A DNA stretch of 64,000 nt from the human T2T-CHM13v2.0 reference genome, Homo sapiens, in the NCBI RefSeq assembly GCF_009914755.1, contig NC_060925.1. The stretch is one strand, 5' to 3'. How positions within the stretch are numbered: position 1 is the stretch's first letter; each line of letters starts with the position of its first letter. Below are positions 28,633 to 42,904 of the stretch, one piece after another. The notes under the pieces were generated by a model, which saw only the letters and a list, made by a program, of their open reading frames with translations, made no database searches and had not been told where the DNA came from. The position numbers and the translations under genes were made by a program.

Positions 28633-30309
28633 TAAAATTGAGTGAACCATTAAAAAAAAAGTGCTGATGATCTTTTAATTAGTAATTATTGTTAAGTGAT
28701 AAGTTTCATTGCAGCATAATTTCTTATTTTTTTCTTAGAAGCTGTTTCTGTTGAAATTTAGTAAGATCCTCTTTTCAAAACAATAACAAAAATGAATATA
28801 TTTCCCTTAGCACACTTTTCATAAGGTGACTCAAGAAATTGGGATATCCTGTAGAATATCAGGTACAGCAAGTGTTGGAATTATGCAGCAATCACAGGAT
28901 GGAATTTTTGAAACATTTTTAGATGAGTGTAAAGAAAAGAAACTGAATGTGTGCTCCTGACACAGGAATAGGTATTTAATAAAATAAACATAGTTTATAG
29001 ATCACATGAGGCCTTTCTGTGACTGAAAGTAGAAGCATTGGCTGATTTTAAAAAAAAAAAGTGAAAGTAATTGTGTTTATTTTCATTAGTTTAGTCACTC
29101 TTAGTTAAGACTTTGGTGTAGGCTACCTCTCCACAGGATGAGCTTCAGTGAAATCATATTTAAATGCAATCGCAGCACTTCATTAATTTACATACATAAA
29201 TTATAAAATATACACATATACACAGTCCCATCTCTAACAACCTTTTTACAAAATGCTACTTGAAAAAATTTTAATAACGTTAACCTTTCCAATGACAAAT
29301 GCTTTTTCTTCTTATATGTACACAAGTCATCAGACAAATTTACCAGGGGTGTTCCACAAATAATGAGGAAGGATACCATTTGTGTTCATAAATTTAGTCA
29401 GTTTGTCTAGGTGGAAGGATCATATATCATAAGTCTATAATTTTATTTAAGGTATGTGGTTTACAGACTTCTAATAAACTTGATATGCATTAAAGTAGAG
29501 AAGAGTAAGCAAAAAAAAGTTTTCCTAAAGATCCAAGTAGTTTTTGATAACTGTTTAGATGAATAATAATCTCACTAGAGGTGATATTTCACATATAAAG
29601 ATATTGAGATACATGTTCAAAATATCAATATGTTGCATAATATTTAAAGCATATTCAGTAACAACAGTTTAAAAAAATTCTAATGAGATACATCTCACTA
29701 AGTACATTTATAAATGGAAAAGCAAAATTTAAATGGCGTTTGAGATTGATTTCATGCATTCTATCTAGTATTATCATTTTATCTCAATACACAGATTTCC
29801 ACAGAGATATATAACTAGGTCATAATACAATCTCCACACTTATTACTAATTAATTATGTGCAAATGGAAAGAGCACTGATGGCAAAAATTTGCCAACCCA
29901 ACAACACTTGAACCATGGAGGGTTACATTGCCAAGTGTTGAATTTGTCAGTTCTCAAATTATAAAAGATTAAGTCACAGACAGTATTCATATTACTGCAT
30001 CATATCTGTAAAAAACTTATTATGATTTATTAATGTGTTAGTCGTTGGTCATCATTAACCCTATAGAAAGTCAAAAGTGTCAGTCAATTAATCCCTATTA
30101 GAGGACTAGCCATGGAAAAAACCCTTGGATGTCTCAATCACCTAACATAATAAATTTTTATGGCCGCATTTACTTACAGTAAAATACACTCTACCAATAT
30201 GTAGCTAAAATATTATTGAAATATAATGCTACTACATGAGATATGGATGGCAGACTAATTCATTGAGACATCAAAATTATAGTGGCAAAGCATTTTATGT
30301 GTTGTATAA

Positions 30310-30642
<333 letters not shown>

Positions 30643-32599
30643 TGATGTAGCAGTTTCACTTGGTTATTAAATCAGTAAAAGTCTAGGAAAATGGTGACTT
30701 TTCTTAATAAAATCTCTCTGCTATGCGCCCATGAGGATGAACAGTGAGCAACTGAATTTATTTTGTAATGTCATAATTTGTCTTGTGTTGAGAAGACAAT
30801 ATAAAACAAAGGTGCTTCTGAGCTCAATACTACATTGTTTATGATGAAACCAAATATTACCTCTTCTAGTTCAGGCAGTTGTTATCTTGGTAATACCCAT
30901 CCTAAGTCATTAAAACAGTAATTGAAAAATACTTGTTAACTACTATAATTGTAGGTTTTATTATTCATCAAAATAAAGGACTGCTCACAAAGTACATCTT
31001 GTGTCATTTATGACCAATCATTACTACACTACAAAGCAATTGAAAATACCTATTTCCATGAAAAATAATTGTAAATATATTTATTAATATAGTTCTAATG
31101 GATTTTAAATGAAATAGCACAATATGCAAGAAACTCATATTTGCCTAATTCATCCCCTGAAAGAGCTAATTGGAATTCCTTGAGCAAACATTATTTTTAA
31201 AAATATCAAACCCAAAGTAAGTACTTCTGTGAAAATAAAAGAAAATCAAAATAAATGGCTTTCCCGGAAGACAAAGAAATATGTTCTAATATTTGAAAAA
31301 TAAATATCAAAAACACATTACATTGCTCCTGGCTGTAATATATAAAATGTGATCTCAATGTACTATGAAAACTAAGAAGGTGATTGGCTATTGTAGAGTT
31401 TGTAAACTACAGTAGGATCTGTGTTTCCTGTAAGTTAATGTCATACATTCTAAATTGAGATTTTTTTAAGGATTGTACAATGTAACATAATTAACTTCCA
31501 TATGCTATGAATAGCTCAATATTATACGACAAATCCAAGAATTACAGAGTCAAGAGATTTAATGTAAAAGTTAAGGGTATTTTCTAATTAATTGATACTT
31601 TAAAAGTAAACCTATTTCAACAAAACAAATAAAATGACAAAATAAATGCAAAAGCAGTTTTTAAATTAAAAACAATTTAAAGTTTGAAAAAGTAGTATTC
31701 AACTCTTTCTCACTTTCTTTGCCCACGTTTAATTATGAACTATTAGAATATGAAAGCATTATTAACCACTATAAATCAGTGTAAAAACCAGTGGTATAGG
31801 TTAGGAGCTACATTTTTGAATTATGTTTAAAGCAGTTGAAAAGGGTGAAGGATTGTGTGGGAAGTGGTGAGGGGCTGATGGAATCAGGCCAGGTTTTGCT
31901 GGACTCTTGCCTACAGTTATAATTAGATGAGTTAAACCTTATTACTGGTACAGAATGTATCTCTTTTAGAAGGAATTAAGAATGTCCTTAAAATTTTACT
32001 CAACTCAACATTTTACCTATTAAAAGCATCTAAGTTACTCCTATCAAGTAGATACAACTTTATGTCCACACCTAGAGATAGGTGTTGATATGGGCCACTT
32101 TATTTGTAATGTAATGGGCATTTTTAATGTAATTATTAATTCAAGGAATGGTTATGATCTTAAGTGCAGCAGAGTAGAACAAGACACGATGAATCAAATA
32201 TATCTTAGTTCAAATTCTCACTCTATCATTAATGTGTGGAGTGGCCTTGAAAGTTCTATAACATGCAATACATTATTCATCAGCATGTCTGTTTTATTCA
32301 CAGCTGATAATGCCTACAACGTAGGTTAGTGTCTGACACATGCTAGGTTCTCACTGAAAACTTATTCCTGGCATGCAATAACATGAAATCTTATCCTTTA
32401 AATCATGCATCAGCTCTATTAATGTTTAATATGAAGCAAAAATGACAGAAGTCTTTGGGAAATAGTCTTCTGTAATTCGGTACTTGACATTTGGCCCCTT
32501 AAGAGGCTTCAGGGAATCTCTAACACTTTTATGTAAAATTTACATGTTATGTAAATTTGTATATTCTGTGTAAATTTTCTAGAGTTTTATGACTTCATT

Positions 32600-32752
32600 G
32601 TTTATTGAGATACCTGTTTCAAACCTCTTCCATTAACTTGCTGAACTTCTTTGTGCTTCAGTTACATAAACTTGAAAATTATAGAATGAATGAGAAATTA
32701 AATGAAGTAATATATGTAAAGTACTTAAAGAATGACTGGTATATAGTAAAGG
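32600..32752 (+). mobile_element. MIR (host of the LTR mosaic)
   Basis: gtttcaaacctcttcc...gaatgagaaattaaatgaagtaatatatgtaaagtacttaaagaatgactggtatatagtaa. Confidence 0.7.
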
Positions 32753-32887
32753 TGTCAGAGGCATGTGAACAAAAACAACTTCATCTTGAGTAGGAGCTGG
32801 GTAAAATGAGGCTGAAACCTACTGGGATGCACTCCCAGATAGTTAAGGCATCCTATATCACAGGATGAGACAGAAGGTCAGCACAAG
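32753..32887 (+). mobile_element. MER41 (ERV1 LTR) 5' fragment
   Basis: tgtcagaggcatgtgaac...catcttgagtaggagctgggtaaaatgaggctga...ggtcagcacaag matches the recalled MER41A/B start. Confidence 0.85.
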
Positions 32888-33023
32888 CACGGTGGCTCAT
32901 GCCTGTAATCCCAGCACACTGGGAGGCCGAGGCGGGTGGATCATGAGGTCAGGAGATCGAGACCATCCTGACTAACACGGTGAAACCCAGTCTGTACTAA
33001 AAAATACAAAAAATTAACCGAGC
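32888..33023 (+). mobile_element. AluY-type left monomer, truncated at both ends
   Basis: gagatcgagaccatcctgactaacacggtgaaaccc (AluY diagnostics). Stops just after the A-rich linker. Confidence 0.88.
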
Positions 33024-33487
33024 AGAAATCAATGTACTTTACGTTCTTAGCTCCCACAATTTAGCCTAAATATTTGCCCTAGCATTCTTATACTAGTCCA
33101 AGCAGGCATTAGGTCATAGCCTGTTCCTCTTCCTTATCTGAAGATGTTTCTACCTTTCTCAGCATTCCACAAATTACTTCCTCCTTCCTTTGTTCTCCTC
33201 TGCCTTTGCCTCGTTTAAAAAGTTCTAAGTTGCTAGACAATCAGAACAAACAGAAAATGTAAAGTCCCGTTCCAGCCAATAAAAACCAGACATGGCAGTA
33301 AGGTGGACACATCAGGTTATAAATGACCCTGTCTCCTTTGTTCAGTGTACTCTCATGACAAAACTGCTAGCAAGTGTACCTTTTCTGCAGAAAGTAAAAA
33401 AAAAAAAAAAAATAGCCTTGCTGAAAAAAATAAATTTATGTTCAAGTGCTATTTCTTTGTGACATCAAAGAACAAACATTTCTAACA
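33024..33487 (+). mobile_element. ERV1 LTR 3' portion (LTR10C-like)
   Basis: cccgttccagccaat...caggttataaatgaccctgtctcc...ttcaagtgctatttc...catttctaaca terminus. Confidence 0.7.
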
Positions 33488-33688
33488 TGGACCAAACCAA
33501 TGTATTTCTCAAATGTATTTGATGTCTCATGCCTATTTAAAATGTATAAAAGCAAGGTGCATCACAACCACCTTGAGCACATGTTCTCAGGACCTCCTGA
33601 GGGCTGTGTCATGGGCCACAGTCACCCATATTTGGCTCAGAATAAATCTCTTCAAATATTTTACAGAGTTTGACTCTTTTTGTCTACA
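33488..33688 (+). mobile_element. MER4A-like LTR 3' portion
   Basis: ggaccaaaccaatgtatttc...cacatgttctcaggacctcctgagggctgtgtca...ggctcagaataaatctcttcaaatattttacagagtttgac. Confidence 0.85.
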
Positions 33689-33744
33689 CAACAAAGGTTA
33701 AAAACCACTGTTATGAGTAATAAGAATGGAAATTGTAGGAAAAA

Positions 33745-36700
33745 GATCTCTAAGATCTCCCAAATTTTTCTGTTTCATAAAAACAATGAAAGCACTGGCA
33801 AAAAACATTTTACTAGAACTCTAGAAAATAATCTAACATGTGCAACAATCCAAGGATCATTTAATGAAGAAAAGCAGTTTAATCTTGTTTAAAATAGTGA
33901 ATTTTGTGGTATTTTAACTTACCTTATTTTTATCCTCCTCTTTCCAACTTCATGGTACTCTTGAAAGTCAACAGCTCACAATTACGGTGACAATGAGCAG
34001 CCTAGCAGCCACTGGAGATGACTTAACAGATTTGTAGCTCTCCTAAATTCCCTGGAAAACCCAAATCTCAGTATTTGCTTTTATTTGGCCTGTCTTATAG
34101 ATGTGCTAATATAATCAGTCCTTTCCCAAGGGACAAGTGTCAAAAAAAAAAAAAAAAAAATCAGTAGCAGTTGTTTAACATCACACATGCCTGGGGCAGT
34201 GATAGCAGTTGAGGCTAACAAGAAGCTGAACAAAAACTTAAAAGGAAAAGAAGAGAATGAGATTGCCATAAGAGGATTTAAAAAGTTCTGACAAATTCCT
34301 GGGAATGCTGAAAGACACATTAATTCATACGGCTGTTCACACACCAAAGAAACACCTGAAAAGTTTTGAAGATTTCACCTCTGGCTGACCTTGGCGCTTT
34401 ATGAAAGCAAATAGTACAGGTTAAGGAAGAGTTTAAACAGCCTACCTGAGTGTTGAAGGCATATCCTAAATCACTGGATCCCCTTGCCAAAGGCTAGGAC
34501 ACTTGTTGGCTTTCAGTCATTTAAGAAAATCTCTGTCTAATTATTAGCCAACCACTAAGCTAATTAAACAGAAGCTTCAATGGCAACATATTACAAACAA
34601 TACAAACCATAAAGATTTAGCTCAGGAAAGTCATGAAACAAATAGCAACATCAGCAAGCTCTGGGTCAAAGAGAAAACTTGACTTCCAGAGATGCCACAC
34701 AATATTAATTAAGATGTCCAGTTTTTTAAAATACAAGACATAGAAATAAAGAAGTATGGCCTGTACAGGAAAAAAATAAATAAAAATAAAAAGGAGTCTC
34801 ATGTTAAAAGAACTAAAGGAAATTATAAAACAGTACCTCATCAGCTAGCATATAGAAAATACTATTATAATAAAATGATTTTTTAACAAGAATCAAGTAC
34901 AGATTCTGGTGTTGAGAAGTATAATAATTGGAATAAAATATTACTAGAGAGGCTCAACAGAGCATTTGAGCTGGCAGAGGAAAGAATCGTAGACTTTAAG
35001 ATAGGTCAGTAACTATTATCCAGTCATGGGAAAAGAAAGAAAAATAATTAAGAAAAATGGGTACAGCCTCAGAGACCTATGACATATAACATTAAGTATA
35101 CCAACACACACACAATAGGAGTTTCAGAAGTTGAGGAGAGAGAGCAAAAAGCAGGAAATATAATTGAAGAAATAATGACCCCAAAACTCCTACACTTGAT
35201 GAAACATTTTAATCTAGAAATCCAAAAAGCTCAATAAACTAGAATAAACTTAAAGAGATCCATATCTAGACATGTCATAATCAATCTGTCAAAAGCAAAA
35301 CACAAAGGTTGAATTTTAAAAGCAGTAAGAGAGAAGATGCTCATCATGTATAAGAAACCATTAGTAAAATTGCAGGTGATTTCTAATTAGAAAAAAAAAA
35401 AAAAATCCAGAAGGCAGCGGGATAACACATCTGAAGCATCAAATGAAGATATCAGCCAAGAATTCTATATCCAGCAATGTTATTCAGTGAAAAACAAGAA
35501 GCAATTAAGACATTCTAAATAAACAAAAACTGAGAGAATTTATCAGTAGTAGGCCTTCCCTAGAAAAAAATATTAAAGAGAATCCTTCAGGCTGAAATGA
35601 AAGACTACTAGATGGTAACTCTAATTCACATGAAGAAACAAAAGAACACAAAGTTAACCACGTGGGATAAATATAAAGATAGCATTAATGTGCTTTTATC
35701 TGTAACTTTTACATCTGATTTAAAATACAACTTGTAGAAGAATAGTTATAATTCTGGATTGATGGACATATGTATAAAGTTGTAATTTATAAAATTAATT
35801 CCATAGACTAGAGTAGAGGGATTTTGGCTATATATAAAAATATTTAACAAACTAAAAATAGATGAAAACTTCCTCAACCAAGTAAGGTCGTCTATGAAAA
35901 ACTCGCAACTAACATCCTACTTAATGGTGAAACACAAGCTTTCACTCTAAAGCAAGGAACAAGCCAAGGATATACACTCTTGACACTTCGGTGTTGTACT
36001 GGGGTTTCTAACCAGGGCAATTGGGCAACAGAAATAAATTTAAAGTATCAGATTGAAAAGGAAAAAGTACAGCTATCTCTATTTTTAGAGGACATGATCT
36101 TGCAAATTTGAAAATGCTAAGAAATCCACAAAAATACTATTTATTGGCCAGGCGCAGTGGCTCAAGCCTGTAATCCCAGCACTTTGGGAGGCTGAGGCAG
36201 GGAGATCACCACATCAGGAGTTCGAGACCAGCCTGGCCAACATGGTGAAACCCCATAATTACTAAAAATACCAAAATATTATCTGCACGCCTGTAATCTC
36301 AGCTACTTAGGAGGCTGAGGCAGGAGAATCGCTTGAACCCAGGAGGCAGAGGTTGCAGTGAGCTGAGATCACACCACTGCACTACAGCTTGGGTGACAGA
36401 GCGAGACTCTGCCCAATGAACAAAAAAACAAAACAAAACAAACAAACAAAAAACCTATTTATTATAGCTAATGAACAAATTCAGCAATAATGCAGGGTAG
36501 AAGACAAATACAGAAAAATAAATTATATTTTCAATAATTAGCAGTGAATAATCCAAAAACCAAAATAAGAAAACAGTTTCATCTACAATTGCAATAAAAA
36601 ATAAAATACTTAGAAATAAATTGAACAACATAAGTGCAAATATTATAGGGTGAAAATGACAAACATTATTGAAATAAATTTTATAAAAACCCTAAGGTAA

Positions 36701-38290
36701 TGAAAAGACATTTTTGAGTTCATGAATTGGAAGACTTGTTATTATGATGATGCCAATATTCCCCAAATTTATCTACAGATTTAATGCAATCTCTATAAAT
36801 ATCCCAACTGCCATTTTGCAGACATTGACAACCTGATTCCAACATTCATATGAAAAGGCAAGAGATCCAGAATAGTCAAAACTGTCTTGGAGAAAAAAAA
36901 ATAAATAAATAAAACAAAACAAAGTTGCAGGATTCACACTTTCGAAATTAAATTTGTAATAACTCTTGAATTCACATTTCAAAATTTAATGAAGACATTG
37001 TGGTACTGGCATAAGAAGAGGCATATATAACAATGAAGTAGAACTGAACATTCAGAAATAAATCTTTACATTTATGGTGAAAGAATTTTCAATAAGGGTG
37101 CCATAATTCAATAAGAAAAAAAATAGTCTTTCCAATAAATGAGTTGGAGACAACCGAATATTCACATACAAAAGAATGAAATAGGAACCTTACCTCACAC
37201 TATATATAAAGATTTACTCAAAATATACCAACTACCTAAATGAAAGAGGCAAAACTGTAAAACTTTTATTAGAAAACACAGTCATAAATCTCAGTGACTT
37301 TAGATTAAGCAACGGTTTCTCAGATATGACACCAAAAGCACATACAACAAAAAGAAAAATAAGGAATAAATTGAACGTGGTCAAAATTAAAGCTGTTGTA
37401 GAGAATACTATCAAGAAAAAGATATGGAAAGACATCTCACAGAATGGAATAAAATATTTGTAAATATTATTCTGATAAGGTTGTAGTATTGAGATTGTAT
37501 ATGAAGAACTGTTACAATTCAACAACAAAAAAGACAAGTAATCAAATTTAAAATGGGTGAGAAATTTAAACAGACATTTTTCCAAATAAGATACAAAGAG
37601 CCAAAGACCCCAGAACGATGTTCACTATAAATCATCTTTAGAGAAATGCCAATTAAAATCACAATGCAATAACACTTCATACCAGCTAATAATGTTGCTA
37701 CAATTAAAGAGATGAGGATGTTGTCAAGGATGTAGAAAAGTGGAACACTCCTACATTGTTTCTGGGAACATAAAATGGTGCAGCTGCTTTGGAAAATAGT
37801 TTGTCAATTCCTCAAAAAAGTAAAAAAGTTGTGTCACCTCAAAACTCCACTGCTAGATATGTATCCAACAGAAATAAAAACATATGTGCACCCAAGAATT
37901 GTACGCAATTGTTTGTAACAACATTATTCACAGTTGCCAAAATCTAGAAACAACACAAATTGTTTAATTGATGAAAGAATAAACAAAATGTGGTATATCT
38001 ATACCATAAAATATTATTTAGCCATAAAAAGAATAAAGTACAGATACATGCTACAACATGGATGAACATTGAAGCATTATGTATTCTATGTCAAAGAAGC
38101 CAAACAGAAAAGCCATGTACTATATTATTGATACTATATGAAATGCACAGAATAGGTGAGTTTATACACACAGAAAGTAGATTATTATTTTCAAGGAGCT
38201 AGAGGGAGGATGCAATGAGGAGTGACTGCCAGTGAGTGTTTCTCTGAGGGGTATCTAATTCCAGAAATTAGATAGTGATGATGGCTGCAG
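33745..38290 (+). mobile_element. Old L1 (L1M/L1MB-type): 5' region, ORF1 remnant, internally deleted ORF2, 3' UTR
   Basis: ORF1-like text at ~34850-35640 (ctagagaggctcaacagagcatttgagctggcagaggaaagaatc). RT-to-3'-end text from ~35850. L1MB-like 3' UTR at ~38130-38290. Confidence 0.85.
36146..36454 (+). mobile_element. AluS inserted in the L1
   Basis: Dimer with a small deletion at the right-arm start and a (CAAAA)n tail. TSD ctatttatt at 36137-36145 and 36455-36463. Confidence 0.93.
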
Positions 38291-38359
38291 AATTATTTCA
38301 AAATAAAATAAAAAAATAAAAACACTTCTATAAGAAGTGCTAATATTTTTGTGGCTTCA

Positions 38360-39200
38360 TTACAATAAGAAAAATATTCAATGCTTAATAAGTGCCAGGA
38401 ATGAGATATGCGATGGATAAAGATACACATTTTTTAACCCTCAGTGTATAGTGTAATGTAAAAGACAGACATATGTGAGAGAATTATATTAAAATGTATC
38501 AATAAAAATACTGGTATTATGAAGCAAAGGTACAAGGGACTGTAGGAGCCGATGCTAGGGATGACTAAAAGGGGCATAACTGTTTCAAGAAACTTAAGAA
38601 AATAAATTCTGAGCACACAGAATGACACACTGAATAAAGAGAGATGAATCTATAGAATCAGAAAGGCCTTGAAGAACCTTGTGAAGATTTTCATATTTAT
38701 CTGTTGAGCAAAGGGAAAGAAAGCCATTCTAGAATTTTAAGTAGAAGAGATGAAGTACTATGATCATATCCGTATGAACAGAAGGAAGGTGTAAGAAATG
38801 CAGGAGAGAAAAGCAACAGTGAAAAGAAGAAAGCCAAGTAGGAAAACACTGTAGTAATCCTGAAGATAAATGATGCGGACTTGAACTGCTACAATTACGA
38901 CGACACTGGAATAGTGGAAAGGTAAATGAATCCAGGAACAATTTAGGGGGCAAAAGGGACAAGACTTAGTGATGGATTACGCATGGTGTTTGGGAAATGA
39001 TACAAAGTTCCTGGAAATGTGTCTTGACTTCACAACTGGGTTTGTGGGAAAAGATTTGGGTTCATTTTTAGGATGTGATAATGTTATGGAGACATATAAA
39101 TGGCATTAATAGGTGCTCAAAAAATATTTATTAAAGGCTAGTATTGAATGAATAACAAAAAGCCAATTGGTTGTAGCAGTCTGGATCTAGGCCTTGATGT
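38360..39200 (-). mobile_element. L2 fragments
   Basis: ggccttgaagaaccttgtgaagattttcatatttatctg...gccattctagaattttaagtagaagagatg. Confidence 0.6.
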
Positions 39201-39799
39201 AATAATTTTGGCTGGGGTCAAAGATCCTTTTTTAGTACTTGATAATAATAACAAAAATATTAAGAAAGCGGGAATCCTAATACAGAAGGAAAACCCTTTA
39301 CAACTAAATAGTTAAGTAAGGAATAAATACACATTTTTTTTAAAAAGCTGGAGTGTTGTTGTAAAATTAGTTTCCAAATCCTTCTCACCAACTAATGGGT
39401 GGATATCTTACCCAAGTATAACTATGAAAAATGTCTCCATCCTGTTCTTAGGATTTCTTACTGATCTTGTTGATGTCTCATGATTGTATCATAATAAAAA
39501 TGTCTCCATATATAGTTGTTTAGTACTAATTGCAGAGAACATCTAATATTTCTGTCTAGAAATTTTTAAAGATCGCTTGTTAATGGAACAGTATTTTCAA
39601 ATAAGCAGTTTGCTTTTATTGTGCTCTGCGTAATGCTGGCTGATGTGGCTTTTATTCAGTGAATGGTACTTATGTTCAGAACTGTGGCTCTCTGCTTTGT
39701 GTAATTATCCTAATACTCCAATGCGCCCCTGGCTGCATTAGTTAGATGAGTTATCCTCAAGTAAGTTTTAGTTTTCCTCTCCCCCTTAAGAAAAAGCTA

Positions 39800-41230
39800 T
39801 TTCTTTCTTTCTTTGTTCCCTTTTTCTTATTTGAATACAGTAATGAAGTAGAAGAAAATAGTAAACAATCCCACAATAAATAATGACATGTAAGATTTTG
39901 GGATATATGCTTCCAAACAGTACACTTAGTATATTATAAATCATTTAATGTAACACGTACCAGTTGGTTTCTAAAAATACATATTTTCATTTTCAATAGC
40001 TATCAAACCTCAGTTATTAAAACCTGACTTGAAATTACTAATATAAATTATATAACACTGCATATCATTAATGTATTATAATTACACATTTAATGTATTT
40101 TTCATATTTTGCTTTTATAAACTAAGCTGTAATAAGCATATGTGTGCATCAGTTCTAGCATATTTGTGTCAATATTTCATTATTATAAATTCCTAGGAGA
40201 CAGTTTGCTAATTCAAAAGATATGTGCATGTGCAATTTAAGCCTTTTGATACATATTAAGAAATTTGTTTACAGGATAATGCATACATTTAGTCTCTCCC
40301 TGATAATACGTGTCTTCAATCTTTTTTTTGTAACTAGATGCTGTGCTGAATATTTGTGTTGATGATAAACATTTTAATTTTTTTTGTTTTCCTAGTAAAG
40401 TCCTACAAAATATATTTTATACTTTATATTTCATTTTAGTTTTATAGGTAATGAAGAATGCCAAATAAATTAGTAATATTGGGCATCATTCATTTCTTTT
40501 AGTAATTTATATTAGCAGTCTAGTATTTCAAAACTAAGAGCAATGATGTCTACTGATTTGTGATCTGTCCCTTGAAGAACTTGCTCACAAAATTTCCTGA
40601 AACCATCTATTTGGGAGTTAGCATTTTAAAAATTTGTCAATTTTTGGACAAGTTTTTCAATTATTATATGTCTTAAAATTAACATTGACCAATAAGATAA
40701 TTATTTAAAAATTTTAAAATTTATTACCATAAAATCATATATTTTAACCGTCATATATTTAACAATTTTTGTACTATCATCTTTAGCATTTGTCATATTC
40801 TGTATTTATTTTATCTTTTGACATCAGCTTGCATTTTGTATTTGTTTCTTCAAATAAATAAATTTTGCATTTTTACTAAGTAGAATTTTTATAATTTATT
40901 ATTTTATATTTTATCTTTTTTAGGACTTTTTTAAGCAAAATGTGCTTATTACTCATTTTTCTTGTTTTAGTTTTTTCTAAACACTTTATGCTATGTTTTT
41001 TCTAATGTATCTTTGATATCAGTCAATGTTTTGATAGATACACTTGTTAAGTGAGTATAGCAATAAGTTTCTATTTGTCTTTGGCTCAAGAATAACTAAA
41101 AAGTACTTTTTATTTTCCAAGTGGTTTGATTTTTACTTTCTCTTTTGATTGATATTATTTTCTTATTTGTTATTCATTTGAGATTCTATTTTAAAAATAC
41201 TTGCTGTACCTATTTTTCTCTTGCAAAGAT
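39800..41230 (-). mobile_element. Highly diverged L1M(E)-like fragments
   Basis: T-rich antisense L1-like phrases (ataaattcctaggagacagtttgcta...ttttgatacatatt). Confidence 0.4.
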
Positions 41231-42309
41231 ACATATTTTTTGAGTAAAGAAAGGGAAGTTTTTCTCCCAACTCCTTTAGTTTATTACATAATTGAAAGTT
41301 AATGTTGAACCATTATGTCTTTTATTCCAAATTTTATTCATGAATTTAAAAAATTACAGCATACAGTGGAAAGGAAAGAAAGACATTTAACAAAACAACT
41401 TTACGTGATACTGAGATGGCATTTTTTCAACTGGTGTCTAATTCTTGAAATTGAAGCATCAAGAAAAAATCATTTAAAAATGTTTTAATCTCTCTCGTTC
41501 AGTAGTAGCTTCAAATTAGTTTGTGATGTAGGAGAGGTATAAATGACAAATTAATGAATTCTCAAACTGATATCGAATAATATGCACAATTTTATGCATA
41601 CTAAAAATAATCTCTTAAAATCTGTACGTCTGTGCCATGAAATCACTGTTCACCAAAAGCAAGACATTTGGAATTTTATATTAGGTTTATATTATCCATG
41701 GTTTTTTTTTTTGGTATATGAGGAATGAAAAAGTGAAATAAATGTTTTGATAAAGTTATCAAAAGTCATTCTATTCACACAACAAACACATTTAATGATT
41801 AAATTATCTCCTTTTAATCTGCCAATTTTCTAAATCATCTTAGAAGTTTCAATTAAAATGTTACCAAATATATATTGCCACTTTCTGGCCTTCATTTTTA
41901 GAGAAATATATCACTTTAAATAACACTGTAATGAAATGGTAAAACTTTTACTTTATCTTAGAAATATTTTTGAGGGCATTTTTATATATTTTACTGATAT
42001 AGGTTAACATTTTCACATTAAAATAGGTTATAATTAGAAGTATGAAACTAAACTCTCTTGTTAAAGATAATTAAGTCTTTCTTTAAATTTTCTGACATTG
42101 TGATCATCCACCACTTTGAAGAGATAGTGATAGAGTGGAATTATGTACAGCATGGAGCATATCAGAGTGATGCAAAGCAGGAACTTAGACACTTTTGTGG
42201 CACAGTACCATATCTGGCGCCCTCATTCATTTGCAGCAGTTTTATAAGGAACAATTTCAATGCATCATTGCCAATATCCTAGACCAAGCAATTAAGAATA
42301 CAACTTAGC

Positions 42310-42672
42310 ATATCTTAGTTCAGTTTCCTCAAAGCAGCAGTAGGCAACAAACTGTGGGGAAGTTAATATCGCTCAGGGTAATCAACCTATGGGACATGGA
42401 ATTGTGAATAAAAACCTCAGCCTTTACATACACTAACGAGGAAATTCGAAGTACATTCTACATATTTCCTTAGAAGGTCCCCAGCAGGATTGAGCTCCCG
42501 TAACCCTCAGCAGTAAACAGTTCATTAAAACACTCTTTCCTGGTTTTACTTCTTTCTCTGTCCCATCTTCCTCAATGCCTCCCTTCTATTTCTTGGCATC
42601 AATCACATTCTCAATAAAATACAGGTCACCAAGTTTTTATTTTGGGGTCTGTTTCAGGTGAAAACCAAACTT
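42310..42672 (+). mobile_element. LTR16-like (ERVL) LTR
   Basis: ggtccccagcaggattgagctcc...ctcaataaaatac...ggggtctgtttcaggtgaaaaccaaact. Confidence 0.6.
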
Positions 42673-42904
42673 TTATTTCACTCAAATATTTTAATGCTTT
42701 TGAACTTTAATTGGTGATTTGAGAAAGAAAGAAAAGTACTCGACTTGTATTAGAAAAATATATACATTTGTATATGCTAATAATTGTGAGTAAAATATTA
42801 TAAATAATTTTACTGATGGACTCACAGAGCCAAATTCAAATAAGTGCTTTTGGAAAATGAGGCACTTCCAGATTCTATTTTCTAAATGACAGAGTATAAA
42901 TTGT

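Noticed and set aside
29340-29420. Possible 63-nt open minus-strand exon (KLTKFMNTNGILPHYLWNTP)
   Set aside because: Marginal splice sites, at a level expected by chance in 64 kb.
29875-29955. Small inverted repeats (tggcaaa/tttgcca; caacacttg/caagtgttg)
   Set aside because: Stems of 7-9 bp are too short to distinguish from chance or a decayed transposon.
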